Shown in pieces: positions 35,654 through 47,121 of a DNA stretch of 64,000 nucleotides. Positions within the stretch are counted from its first letter, which is position 1; every line of letters starts with the position of its first letter. This DNA comes from Saprolegnia diclina VS20 (taxonomy: Eukaryota), in contig NW_008246219.1 of NCBI RefSeq assembly GCF_000281045.1, forward strand, positions 1-64,000. The letters are read 5' to 3'. Below the pieces are notes generated by a model, which saw nothing but the letters and a program-made list of their open reading frames with translations, ran no database searches and had not been told where the DNA came from. Made by a program: the position numbers and the translations under genes.

Positions 35654-36808
35654 ATGGTCCAGCAACAACACGTTGTCGTCATCGGTGGCGGTCCTGCCGG
35701 CATCCAGTTTGCCCAAGCGCTCGCGGCCAAGCTCTCGTCGACCGTCAAGATCACCGTGATCGAGAAGCAAAGCTTTACATTTCACGCTGTCGGGATTCCC
35801 CGCGCACTTGTTGACAAGGCGTACGTCCCCAAACTCTTTATCCCACTCGACAAGGCGCTGCCGCCCAGTGTGACGCTTTTGCGCGGCGCGGCCGAGCGCA
35901 TCACCGACCACGAGGTGACCGTACGTGCGATCGTCGATGGCGCACTCGCCGAGTCGACGACGACCCTTCGCTTCGACTACCTCGTGTTGGCAACGGGCAG
36001 CAGCTACCCGCGTCCGATCAAAGTGCCAGGCGACGTCGTCAACCGCGCCACCATCCAAGCCGCGCTGCACGAGAGCATTGACCGCATTGCCGCCGCGTCC
36101 AGCGTCGTCCTCATCGGTGGCGGCGCTGTCGGGTGCGAGATTGCCGGCGAAATTGCGAGCGCGTACCCGACCAAGACGGTGACGCTGGTCGACGGCAACC
36201 ACGAGCTCATGGCGCACGCCGGTGTCTCGGCCAAGTTTCGCGCGCGGCTCGTCGCGAGCTTGGAAGCGCGTGGTGTCCACCTCTTGCTCAACGAACGCCT
36301 CGCGCAGCGTCCGAGTGCGAGCGCGTTCGAGCGTCAGACGCTGACCTTTGCGAGTGGCAAGACGCTCACGGCCGACGTACAGCTGGTGACGTCGGGCATG
36401 ACGCCCAACACGCAGCTCATGGCCGCCTTTCGCCCATCGCTCGCAACGCCGCAAGGTATCCGTGTCAAGAGCAATCTCCAAGTCGACGACCCATCACTGC
36501 ATCATGTCTATGTCCTTGGCGACGCGAGCAACCACCCGTCGCCCAAGCTGGCCATGACTGCAGGCGAGCAAGCAACGTTTCTCGCCAAGAAGCTGGCCAA
36601 GACCATTCAGAAAGGCAAGCCCGTACCGCCGTTCAAGACAAGCGAGATCACGGCCATGCTTGTGCCAACAGGTCCAGGCGGCGGCGTCGGGCAGCTGCCC
36701 ATGTTTGGCGGCGTCGTCGTCGGCGACTGGCTCGTGCGCACCACCAAAGGCAAAGATTACTTTGCGAGCATGTCGTGGGGCAAGTGGAAGGCGACGTTGG
36801 CGCCTTGA
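35654..36808 (+). CDS. AIFM2/FSP1-like oxidoreductase, copy 4 (384 aa, intronless)
   Basis: Differs from copy 3 at 8 residues by manual comparison. Confidence 0.9.
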   Translation: MVQQQHVVVIGGGPAGIQFAQALAAKLSSTVKITVIEKQSFTFHAVGIPRALVDKAYVPKLFIPLDKALPPSVTLLRGAAERITDHEVTVRAIVDGALAESTTTLRFDYLVLATGSSYPRPIKVPGDVVNRATIQAALHESIDRIAAASSVVLIGGGAVGCEIAGEIASAYPTKTVTLVDGNHELMAHAGVSAKFRARLVASLEARGVHLLLNERLAQRPSASAFERQTLTFASGKTLTADVQLVTSGMTPNTQLMAAFRPSLATPQGIRVKSNLQVDDPSLHHVYVLGDASNHPSPKLAMTAGEQATFLAKKLAKTIQKGKPVPPFKTSEITAMLVPTGPGGGVGQLPMFGGVVVGDWLVRTTKGKDYFASMSWGKWKATLAP

Positions 36809-37190
36809 GTCGTCGCGACCGTTAATGGGCCGTGCTGTGCATTTCTAACCTTTTGTTCAATATCAACCTACACCAACAAAATGCAACCAGTGCAGTACGT
36901 CTGGCAGTACGTGGTTAGCAAGGCCGCAGGTGGCAGCAACATCTGATCCTGGACTTGTGAACGTCGTGCGGTGTATCAAGTTGATACTTTCATCAAAACG
37001 GTTTTTTAAGAAAGTATCGGGTGCAACACGAACCGTCAACACCCTGGTCAACACCCAACTGCAATGCTGCACTACCGTACTAGCACGTCTCCGTACTAGT
37101 ACAGTGCATAAGCGTGAATGTTTTTGTCAAATTAGTGTTGAATTCGTCAACACAACCAAGTACCCAGGGGCACACATGTAGCACCCAGGC

Positions 37191-39489
37191 TTAGAGCGTC
37201 ATGGCATCGAGTTCGTGGACAAGGTCTTCGGCCGCCGGTCGGTCCGTCGAGACACGCAAGGTGCAGCGCTGGGCGAGTGCGCGAAGCGGCGCAGGGCAGG
37301 CGTCCGAGAAGGTCGGTTCGATCGTGCCTTGGATGAGCATGGCCATGATGGCCGTGTCGACGACCGGTTGTCCCTTGGCGGTCTTCAAGTCGGCGTACGG
37401 GATCATGTGCGTGCACATTTCCGCTATGATCATGCCTACGAAATATCGCTGACACAGTGTACGGGGTAGGGTCGGCGTAGTACCAAACGAGTAGACATCG
37501 GCCGCGACCGAGTAGTGCGAGTCCTGAAGCACTTCGGGCGCCATCCAGCGATACGTGCCGACGCCACACGTCATCGTGCTCTCACTCTCGGCCTTGGAGA
37601 CGCCAAAGTCGCTGAGCTTGGCACCCTTCTTCGCGTCAAGGAGGACATTGCGAGACTTGAGGTCGCGGTGAATGACCTTGCGCGCATGCAGGTACGCAAG
37701 ACCCCGCATGACGAGCCGCAGAATGCCGAGCTTCTCGGTCCAGCTGACTTGATCCGGAGTCGTCTGTGCCAGGTAGTCCTTGAGATCGCCCTTGTCCATG
37801 TACTCGAGGACTGCGAGGAGCTCGACGGGGCTTGTCCACGCAGCGCCACGCAAGGACACAATGTACGGACTCTTGAACCTACACCCTCCGACTTAGTCCT
37901 CAGGCAACAGAGATCGCAAGACAGACTCGGCCATGAGCTTGACTTCGTCGATGAATTTGATGGCATCTTCGACATCGGCCTTGTGTGGCAAGAGCTTCTT
38001 GACAGCGACGATCTCCGAGTTGAGCGTGCCTTTCCAGACTTCGCCGAACGCGCCTTCCGAGAGCTTGCGCAAGAGCATGACGTCCTCCAAGGGCAGCCGC
38101 ACCGACGTTAGCGCTTCTAATATCGGGTTGAGCTTGGCCGTCGCCGTCGGTGACACATTGGTCATGACGTTTGGCGCCCGCACGTTGAGGTGCCCAATGG
38201 TTTTGGGGGTCGGCGGGCTCTGGCGGCGCTTCCACAGGCAAAACAGGGCAACTCCGAGGCCCAACAGCACGACGATAAGGACCACAATGATAAGAATCAA
38301 GGTCGATGACGACGGCGATGCTGCGCTGGACGCCGCAAAGACCATGGTATCGCTGCGAGCCGGCGCTATATACGGTATTGAGGCACCAATCACAGTCATG
38401 ATATACGAGAGAACGTACGCGTGACGCAGACGAAGCTATTGTCGAGCGGCTTGGCGACGCCGTTGGCTGCAGCGCACGCGGTGGCGTTGAAAGCGATGGC
38501 ACCAAAGTGCAAAATCGCGTTGGACAAGGCCGTGTACGACGCGCTGTCGACAACAAAGTGGGTTACGTTGCACGAGCCGCAGTCCCTAGTCACGGATCAC
38601 TACATGCACAATAAGACAATATGGAGCGTTGTACAGGTTGGTGAGACGGTTTGAAAAGGTCACGTTGACCAGCGACGTGATGGGGTTTCCAGACGAAGCC
38701 TTGCCACCACCGAGCTTCCTGCACACAGCGATGCGCAACCCGTGAAAGACACGGGTTTGTACGTACACGATCTCGCAATCGAACGAGACGTTGGCTACAT
38801 ACTCGATGCGGTTGCTCGCTGCGTCACTACCAGCCATGTCAACAAGTTCGAACCACCGATGCGCAAACGTTACAAGTCGTCGGCAGCAATGACAACGTTC
38901 GTGAGTTCCGTTAGCTGGTTGCCATTGAGCGACCTAACGACATCTCGCGTCAGGACAGCACACATATGAACTTCGTACAGCGCGTGCAGACCAAGGGGAA
39001 GTATTGCGGGGTATTGCGTGAGATTGTTGCAGCTCACGCTCCTAATGCCACGTCAGCAGTACACGGATACAGGACATCGTACAATTGCTCCAAGCCATGC
39101 GGAAGCACGAGCGAAGGTGGCCAGTCGGTCAAGCCGCAGTCCGTCAAGTACCTATGGCGAGCCGTGAGCAAGCGCAAGAATGGACGACATACAGGCCGGT
39201 GATGTTGGCGGCCGGCAGGACCGTGTCCGCTAGGCTCAAATTGGTGCTGCCGTCAAAGCGCCTACACACGCTGTGAGTCGATATCGCGGTCCGGTCACAT
39301 GTAGTACATGTGGCTTGTGGGCCAGCGGGAGAGGTCGCCAAGGTGGACCATGCTGCGGACGCGGCCGGTGGCTGCCACTGTTGCCGTCATCGCGCAGGAC
39401 GCGTCCACGACACACGGCAGCGCCGCACCGCAGTAGCGCGCGTCTGTCGTGAGCGTCGATTCGAACGCAGCGTACGGGCAGCTTGCCAT
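37191..39489 (-). CDS. LRR-transmembrane TKL receptor-like kinase 1
   Basis: Cys-rich cap MASCPY..YC..PC..C, LRR exons, TM segment LILIIVVLIVVLLGLGVALFCLW, and kinase motifs EGAFGEV, VAVK, HRDLKSRN, DFG, WMAPE, DVYSFG. Confidence 0.88.
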
Positions 39490-40125
39490 GGCGGCGGATT
39501 ATGTTGTGTGCAACAATGCTGGCCCGAGCTTGCATTCGCTTGCGCCGTGCGTGATGGGCATGACTGGCATATTCTGATTGGTCGAAAATTCTGAACTGTA
39601 CTTGAATACGCGAATGAAAAAGATGATCGGCGGCGGGACGATCAGCTGGCATCCACCCCAAACCTGTCGAGCGATTGTGCTCGAGACGTTGACTCTCGTT
39701 GCTGCCCAGACCACCTGCAGAAAGCCTGCATCGAATGACGACCCAGAGCAAGCTAGGTCGCGTGCGCATCTCGACATTAGACGATGCAGTGGTCAGCAAC
39801 AGTATGAAAAACTACAGTACGACGCTCGCTCGATCATGCTTGAACCCAAAGTACCCAGCATGCTCATGCTGTCCTCCGTCATCTTGTTCAAAAGGTATCG
39901 GCGCGGGAAGGCACAATGGACTCCACCGTCGCACTACTCTCGTTAACGCGAGTGAGACGACGTTTGCACTCGACTGACGAGTCCGAGTCGGTGCACGAGT
40001 GGCATCAATGGCACGCCGAGTTGAATGACACGGCTCGCCTAAACCAACTTTGCATTATGTAGTACATCGATGTAGCATACTAGTAGTCATTCAACGCTGA
40101 GGCTCAAAATAGATTGAGAGCCGAT

Positions 40126-42057
40126 ATGGTGAGTGCCAAGGACCGCAAGCGCAGCATCGTCGAGCGCAAGCTTCGCGACATTGGCATTCACGCCGGTCGG
40201 TACCAGAGGTACCTTGCATATACCCTCGACCTGTGAAGCGCGTGTCTCTAGTTCGTTTCGCACGCGTCCGACCAAGTCGCGCCACCCCGTTCGAGTGCGT
40301 CGCCAGCTAGTGTGGGAGTCGCTCTTCATGCGCAAGTCGCGCTGCGAACGCCGCGTAACACGATGACAATATCTTCCCACAGTATAAATGCGCCCACCGA
40401 ATAGGGCATTGTCCAGCGACCGTGGGAATACCCCATGGCTGCGCAAAACCTCGCGGCCATTCTCATTCAAGTACTAACTATATCTCGACAGCTCTATACC
40501 TCTGCTTCTCATTCCTTGCTCTTGTTGTAGAGGCGGGTTCGGGGTGCGATAGCCCGAACGGCGCTCCAGGTTCGTTTTAGTATTTGTACTTTGCCGTGTC
40601 TTAGCAGCAATGGGTGTAGAAGGGCACCAAACCTGTCAAGCGAGTGCTCCGAATGTCGCTCATGCACCGCTTCATCGCCCATCACAACGGCACGTTTGAG
40701 GACCGGGACGGGTTTCGTCGCTTCTGCGCCACGCGGATTCAGGTTTGGAAATCATGTCATTTTAGTCAAGTTGAACTATTGCACTTGTAGGCCTGGTATC
40801 GCATGCGCAAGCTTGCGTGGGCGTACGATCTGCAGCGTCATCCCATGTACCACATTGCGGCCATGCAGGTGATGTTTTGTGGCTTCTTTCTTCGTAGAGT
40901 TCACTGACAAGTTGTACAACATGGACTATGGACGATAGATCCAGTACAAGTGGCGCATGTACTACCAAAAAGCATTGGCCGTCTACGAAATGACGCCGCG
41001 GGACCGCGCCGCCATGCGCATCCAGTGCCTCTGGCGCGGCTACACCAACAAGCGCATCTACCGCTACTACCGCGACCTGGTCAACTTTCGCAATACTGGC
41101 GACCCGATGCTCATGCTCAAGGCGATCAACCCCGCAGAAGCCCATTTGCTCGATGCCGCCACGAGCGCACAAGTACGTCCTTTATGCTACAGTCGACGAG
41201 GATTGATGATACAAGGTGCGGTTTCGTCTCGGCGGCTCGGCGTTCCCGCCCACGATCTACTACAAGATCTTTACACGCGGCGCAGTCTGCGACATGAACG
41301 CGTTTAGTCCAAAAGACTATACAACGGCCCACCAAGTGGGTCCTCGCAACATCAACGTCCATTCGACCGCGCCGGGTACTGTACATGTGGCTCTGAAAAT
41401 TGGACTCAGGGGTAGGGTAGGGGTCGGGGTCACCAAAATCATCCGCGTCGGGAACGCGTTCTACGGTGCGAACCAGTGCGGCAGCGACACAAGGGGGTGG
41501 TACCGCCGCTGGGACAACAACGGGTGGCGGCCCGTGACGTGCAAAGTGCTTGCGCCGACAAGTGACGTGGATCCTGTCACGGTTTGACGCCACGTCCTCG
41601 TTGCGTGCAAATAGCCACCGTGGAGGAATAGATTGTCACGGCAAGCAAGCGCAAGGCCCACCACCATCTTCGCGTCGTGCGTCAACAGCAGCTGCTGCAG
41701 CAGCGCAAGGAGAAGAAGCGGCAGTGGATGAAGCAGTTGTACTTGTACGTCGTTGACATCCTAACACAGCAACACACGCGACGAACCATAGACAACATGT
41801 CCAACCCACGACGACCGAGCCGGGAGCGGCACCCGAAGACGACCTCGACGCCTACCAAAACCAAGTCGATTTTGACGCTGACGACTGGGAAGCCCAAGCC
41901 AACGACATGTGCGATGTACGTTCTCCATCACTTACCGCTCCACAAGGTGCAATCATAATGGTAGTGGGCGTCCGGACTCGACTTTGACCATTATCTGGTC
42001 AACTGGACGACACTGGGCACGACCAGCACGGCCAAGGACGAACTCTTGTCACTTTAG
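40126..42057 (+). CDS. C11orf65/MFI-like protein with multiple IQ-like motifs
   Basis: AAMRIQCLWRG, DPMLMLKAINPAEA, VRFRLGGSAFPPTIYYKIFT, WYRRWDNNGWRPV, WASGLDFDHYLVNW. Upstream exons add LIQRRVRG, RIQAWYR and QIQYKWR; the 5' exons are less certain. Confidence 0.75.
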
Positions 42058-42244
42058 CTGTCTCCTAGCTAGAAAGTGTTCTACAACCATTGATTACACG
42101 ACATTGGATGCTGCAAGCCCAGGCGTTGACCCTCCTTTAATGACCTCGAGTGTATTGGGCGGGAACGCAACGGCTACTCGTTTCCCGCCATTTTGAGATT
42201 GCGATTTTTCGACGCGCAAGGGTCACTTTCAATTGTACCTTGCG

Positions 42245-43330
42245 ATGCCCAAGCGCAAAACAGACGTCGACACGGGGCCGTTCCCGCCACCACTGCGACG
42301 CCCCGGTGACGAACTCGTCCTCGACCCGACATGTCCTCGACAGACGCTTCCATCGTGGCGTGCCGACAGCGACCGCAACGAAGTGACGGCGGCGCGCCGC
42401 ACGATCTACCTCGTACTGCCTGCTATTTTGGACGCGCCACCGACGTCGTTTCCATCGACGCTCTACGCGTCGCGATCGCCCTTGCCAAGGAACGCTACAA
42501 GTCGCCTCGAGGACTACGTGCGCGCTTTTTACACCGACATGAGTCTGAAAACGCTGGCTGCCCCGGCCTTGACAAGCTGGGACAACGGCCGCCGGTACGT
42601 GGGGCTGATCCCGCGCCCGGGCTTCAGCGAGAGCGCTGTGCGCATTCGCACACGTCGGGCGCCGGATCGTACGTTTTCACATCAGCTTCATCTCGACGAC
42701 CTCCTCGACGCGCTCCTTGAAGATGTGGTGCCAGACGACGCGTATGCGGTGCTCTGGCTCGTCGAACACGACCTGTACGAAGGGCCCGAGGACGTGTTTA
42801 CGTGCGGTCGAGCGTACGGCGGCAGTCGCGTCGCGCTTGTCTCGAGTGCCCGCTACAACCCGCGCTTGGACCGCACTGTCGATGGTTTTGATGCGGATGA
42901 TGCGTGGCCGCTGGGCCATGTGACGAACAGCGCGGCGATACAAGCGGCGGCGATTGCCTATCGGAATGCGTCTCGGCACGCCAAGGATAATGATGTGTGG
43001 ATCGACCGACTTTGCCGCACAGTGACGCACGAGCTTGGTCACTGCTTTGGCATCGAGCACTGCGTCGATTATGCGTGCTGCATGCAAGGCAGCGCATCGA
43101 TCGCCGAAGACTACCGACAACCGCCGTACGTTTGCCCCGTCGACGAGGCAAAGATCCTCGAAGCAACGTCGTCACGCAAGGCCGAACGTGAGGCGGCGGT
43201 GCTGGCGTGCTGTCGCAAGTACCCCGCAAGCCCGCTCTTGTCGGCGCTCGCCGCGTGGATCGAGGCGACAACCATAAATATCGCTTGTGAAGCCAAACGC
43301 TCTCGCACCACGGTGCAAACGACTAGCTGA
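42245..43330 (+). CDS. Archaemetzincin (peptidase M54) zinc metalloprotease, intronless
   Basis: HELGHCFGIEHCVDYACCMQGS...PPYVCPVD; DLY and GRA motifs upstream. Confidence 0.88.
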   Translation: MPKRKTDVDTGPFPPPLRRPGDELVLDPTCPRQTLPSWRADSDRNEVTAARRTIYLVLPAILDAPPTSFPSTLYASRSPLPRNATSRLEDYVRAFYTDMSLKTLAAPALTSWDNGRRYVGLIPRPGFSESAVRIRTRRAPDRTFSHQLHLDDLLDALLEDVVPDDAYAVLWLVEHDLYEGPEDVFTCGRAYGGSRVALVSSARYNPRLDRTVDGFDADDAWPLGHVTNSAAIQAAAIAYRNASRHAKDNDVWIDRLCRTVTHELGHCFGIEHCVDYACCMQGSASIAEDYRQPPYVCPVDEAKILEATSSRKAEREAAVLACCRKYPASPLLSALAAWIEATTINIACEAKRSRTTVQTTS

Positions 43331-43797
43331 TCGATAGCTGCGGTGCCGCGATTGGGCTCAGTGAACCTGATACATCGATAGTTTCGGATTCCTAATTTGA
43401 ATCAAACTCTACGCCGTTCATCTCGACACGTCGACACGGCTGGCATTGGCCGAACCGTTGTTTTCGCAAACCTTCGGGCAGGTCACCGAACCGGTTGGCA
43501 TGCTGCTACGGTGGTCCTGCGCAGGCCAACAGTGTACCAGCGATCGGTGCGACGGTCGCAGTTTATGAGGTGGCAATAAGGTACAAAATAAGAAATGAAG
43601 AATGCCCCTACAGCCCAACGTTATGCACGATTCCACCGCGTCTGTCCCCACCCTTGACCGATATACATACAATGTTCTTGCCAGCAAGACAGCAGAGAAA
43701 GGATACATTTCAAGCGCCAGTGAAAAAACTCAATTTGCCTCTCAAACGCATCGTGAGAATAGGACGAGCCGGATAAATACGCAAAACAGCACAGCAC

Positions 43798-44654
43798 CTA
43801 AAGCGCGCTCAAAAACTCCTTGGCGGCTTCGTACGTCGTAAACATGACGGCCGAGTACGGCACGATGCGCACCATGTTGGGCAACGTGCCTCGGAAGAGC
43901 GCCATCGNNNNNNNNNNNNNNNNNNNNNNNNNNNNNNNNNNNNNNNNNNNNNNNNNNNNNNNNNNNNNNNNNNNNNNNNNNNNNNNNNNNNNNNNNNNNN
44001 NNNNNNNNNNNNNNNNNNNNNNNNNNNNNNNNNNNNNNNNNNNNNNNNNNNNNNNNNNNNNNNNNNNNNNNNNNNNNNNNNNNNNNNNNNNNNNNNNNNN
44101 NNNNNNNNNNNNNNNNNNNNNNNNNNNNNNNNNNNNNNNNNNNNNNNNNNNNNNNNNNNNNNNNNNNNNNNNNNNNNNNNNNNNNNNNNNNNNNNNNNNN
44201 NNNNNNNNNNNNNNNNNNNNNNNNNNNNNNNNNNNNNNNNNNNNNNNNNNNNNNNNNNNNNNNNNNNNNNNNNNNNNNNNNNNNNNNNNNNNNNNNNNNN
44301 NNNNNNNNNNNNNNNNNNNNNNNNNNNNNNNNNNNNNNNNNNNNNNNNNNNNNNNNNNNNNNNNNNNNNNNNNNNNNNNNNNNNNNNNNNNNNNNNNNNN
44401 NNNNNNNNNNNNNNNNNNNNNNNNNNNNNNNNNNNNNNNNNNNNNNNNNNNNNNNNNNNNNNNNNNNNNNNNNNNNNNNNNNNNNNNNNNNNNNNNNNNN
44501 NNNNNNNNNNNNNNNNNNNNNNNNNNNNNNNNNNNNNNNNNNNNNNNNNNNNNNNNNNNNCCAAGGGCGACGTGCACGAGCGGGTGACGCAGCCGGCAAC
44601 GGCGCCGGCGACGACCGAGCGGAGGCCATTGACGTTGGACGACGTCGTCGACAT
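43798..44654 (-). CDS. Mitochondrial carrier (SLC25) copy 1, middle hidden by gap 43908-44560
   Basis: Start MSTTSSNVNGLRSVVAGAVAGCVTRSCTSPL; end MALFRGTLPNMVRIVPYSAVMFTTYEAAK. Confidence 0.75.
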
Positions 44655-44692
44655 GGGTTGAAGTAGTAATGGGAGCGGTAGTGGCGGTAGAG

Positions 44693-44710
44693 ATCCAAAG
44701 GCAAAGTGAG
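44693..44710 (-). promoter_or_regulatory. INR-like motif conserved upstream of the carrier copies
   Basis: CTCACTTTGCCTTTGGAT, identical at 47132-47149; variant CTCAGTTTGCCCTTTG upstream of copy 3. Confidence 0.5.
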
Positions 44711-46211
44711 ACTCCGTTGCGACGAGGCAAGGATCGACGACCTTGTAAATCCCACCAATCGCAGCGCGCAAATTTCCGCCGACGAAAGGAGCGGCCCGTG
44801 CCTGTTGTCTCGTTCGTCACGCAGTGCGTTGCGAGCAAAGGCGCCCTATCACGTGCGAGCGATCTAACCCACAACGGCCAACTTCAACCAGTGATGGAAG
44901 ATCGAAACGATCCCGCGTTGCATTTTCGAAAAGCTACTACTGACGAAGGTACATGCCTTTGCACGCTTCAGAGTTTTATGCAGCTTGGAGTAGTCTATCC
45001 GGCAATACGACTCACAATATACATTATGGATGTATTTCGCTCGCTTTTAAGCAAAGCAGTTGACGCGACGAGAGGCTGCGACCGGCGTCAGTCCGTGTGG
45101 ATGATACAGGGCGAAACGCCGTGCCCATCCCTTCTATTTGTGACCAAGCCGGAACGTCCATGTTTAGGCAGGGGATGACTGACACCTTTCGAGAACCTTC
45201 GATCGCGGGCGCCATCAGCAGTTTCAACCCCCGGAAAAGAGAGCTGCGCCGCAAAAGATATGGAGCGTCCATTGCGGAACGCATCGCTGTTGTAATGATA
45301 AAGCAGCCTTTGTGTATCTTAGGGACACCTCGCGCAAACAACCTTCGTGTGGCGCCCGAATCAACGACGAAAGGCGCCTTCTTGCTCATGGATCGCATGC
45401 CTGCATCGGGATTGGCTAATTGCGAAGATCGCGACCGGTCCGGCTGCCACGTGGAGGGGTAGGGTTCGGCACGCAGAGAATGCGTCGCTTGGTCGCGCGA
45501 AGGGCGCGTCGAGTCCCTTACCCTCGCCCATCACAACGTCTTGAGTCGATAGAAGTACTATCGAGTCGAGCGGACGACGCCAGGCGACGTTGGACTGAAA
45601 CGAAGAAGGACCATATTTGTGAACGCCTAGCGTCGTCAGAATACAGTCATACACCAACCCACTTTGCAAAGCTCCTTGGGCCTTGGACTCGATCTGGTCG
45701 GTGTGCCAATGATCCTTGATCTGAGATCGGCTTCTCGGGCATGTGGTCACCACGCAGCATTCTTCGACCGTGGAACGTGCTGCGAGTCTTCTCCCGATGG
45801 CAGGCAACACCCATTGACGATGATAGTCTGTTGCGTCGATATCGCGATGTTCATGCCAAGCGTGCCCCTGCTGGCATGTTGGCCTCACTCTTTCAACTTG
45901 TTTTGCGCTATCCGAATGTAAAGGACGCGAGCTAGCGTGGCGACACCACTGGTCCCAGTCGTATTGACAACCCCTAGCCCTGTTCAGCGTCAAGGATCAG
46001 TGTGGGATCTCGTTTACATAATTCTCTGGTTCTGATGTCGCCAGCATCTACTAGACTTCAGTCGTCGACGCCCAGCAGCAAGACATCCATCAATACGCAA
46101 GACTCATGTTATAATAAGTTCTACAGTAAGTTTGTGACAAACAAAAGATAATAACTTATTTACTTTACAAAAAGAGTGTACACTACTACTACCATTCTAC
46201 AACCATAGCGT

Positions 46212-47121
46212 TTAGGCGCACTCGATCAAAAATTTCTTGGCGGCTTCGTACGTCGTAAACATGACGGCCGAGTACGGCACGATGCGCACCATGTTGGGCA
46301 ACGTGCCTCGGAAGAGCGCCATCGNNNNNNNNNNNNNNNNNNNNNNNNNNNNNNNNNNNNNNNNNNNNNNNNNNNNNNNNNNNNNNNNNNNNNNNNNNNN
46401 NNNNNNNNNNNNNNNNNNNNNNNNNNNNNNNNNNNNNNNNNNNNNNNNNNNNNNNNNNNNNNNNNNNNNNNNNNNNNNNNNNNNNNNNNNNNNNNNNNNN
46501 NNNNNNNNNNNNNNNNNNNNNNNNNNNNNNNNNNNNNNNNNNNNNNNNNNNNNNNNNNNNNNNNNNNNNNNNNNNNNNNNNNNNNNNNNNNNNNNNNNNN
46601 NNNNNNNNNNNNNNNNNNNNNNNNNNNNNNNNNNNNNNNNNNNNNNNNNNNNNNNNNNNNNNNNNNNNNNNNNNNNNNNNNNNNNNNNNNNNNNNNNNNN
46701 NNNNNNNNNNNNNNNNNNNNNNNNNNNNNNNNNNNNNNNNNNNNNNNNNNNNNNNNNNNNNNNNNNNNNNNNNNNNNNNNNNNNNNNNNNNNNNNNNNNN
46801 NNNNNNNNNNNNNNNNNNNNNNNNNNNNNNNNNNNNNNNNNNNNNNNNNNNNNNNNNNNNNNNNNNNNNNNNNNNNNNNNNNNNNNNNNNNNNNNNNNNN
46901 NNNNNNNNNNNNNNNNNNNNNNNNNNNNNNNNNNNNNNNNNNNNNNNNNNNNNNNNNNNNNNNNNNNNNNNNNNNNNNNNNNNNNNNNNNNNNNNNNNNN
47001 NNNNNNNNNNNNNNATCTTGAGCACATCCAAGGGCGACGTGCACGAGCGGGTGACGCAGCCGGCAACGGCGCCGGCGACGACCGAGCGGAGGCCATTGAC
47101 GTTGGACGATGTCGTCGACAT
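46212..47121 (-). CDS. Mitochondrial carrier (SLC25) copy 2, middle hidden by gap 46325-47014
   Basis: Same N-terminus as copy 1, extending to SPLDVLK; same C-terminal block. Confidence 0.78.

Larger units (their letters stand above)
35342..36832 (+). repeat. Right arm of the large inverted duplication
   Basis: Reverse complement of 27816-29523; homology ends ~24 nt after the stop codon. Confidence 0.9.

Noticed and set aside
27816..36832. Composite or TIR transposon interpretation of the inverted arms
   Set aside because: The arms encode oxidoreductases, no transposase is present and the outer flanks show no target-site duplication.
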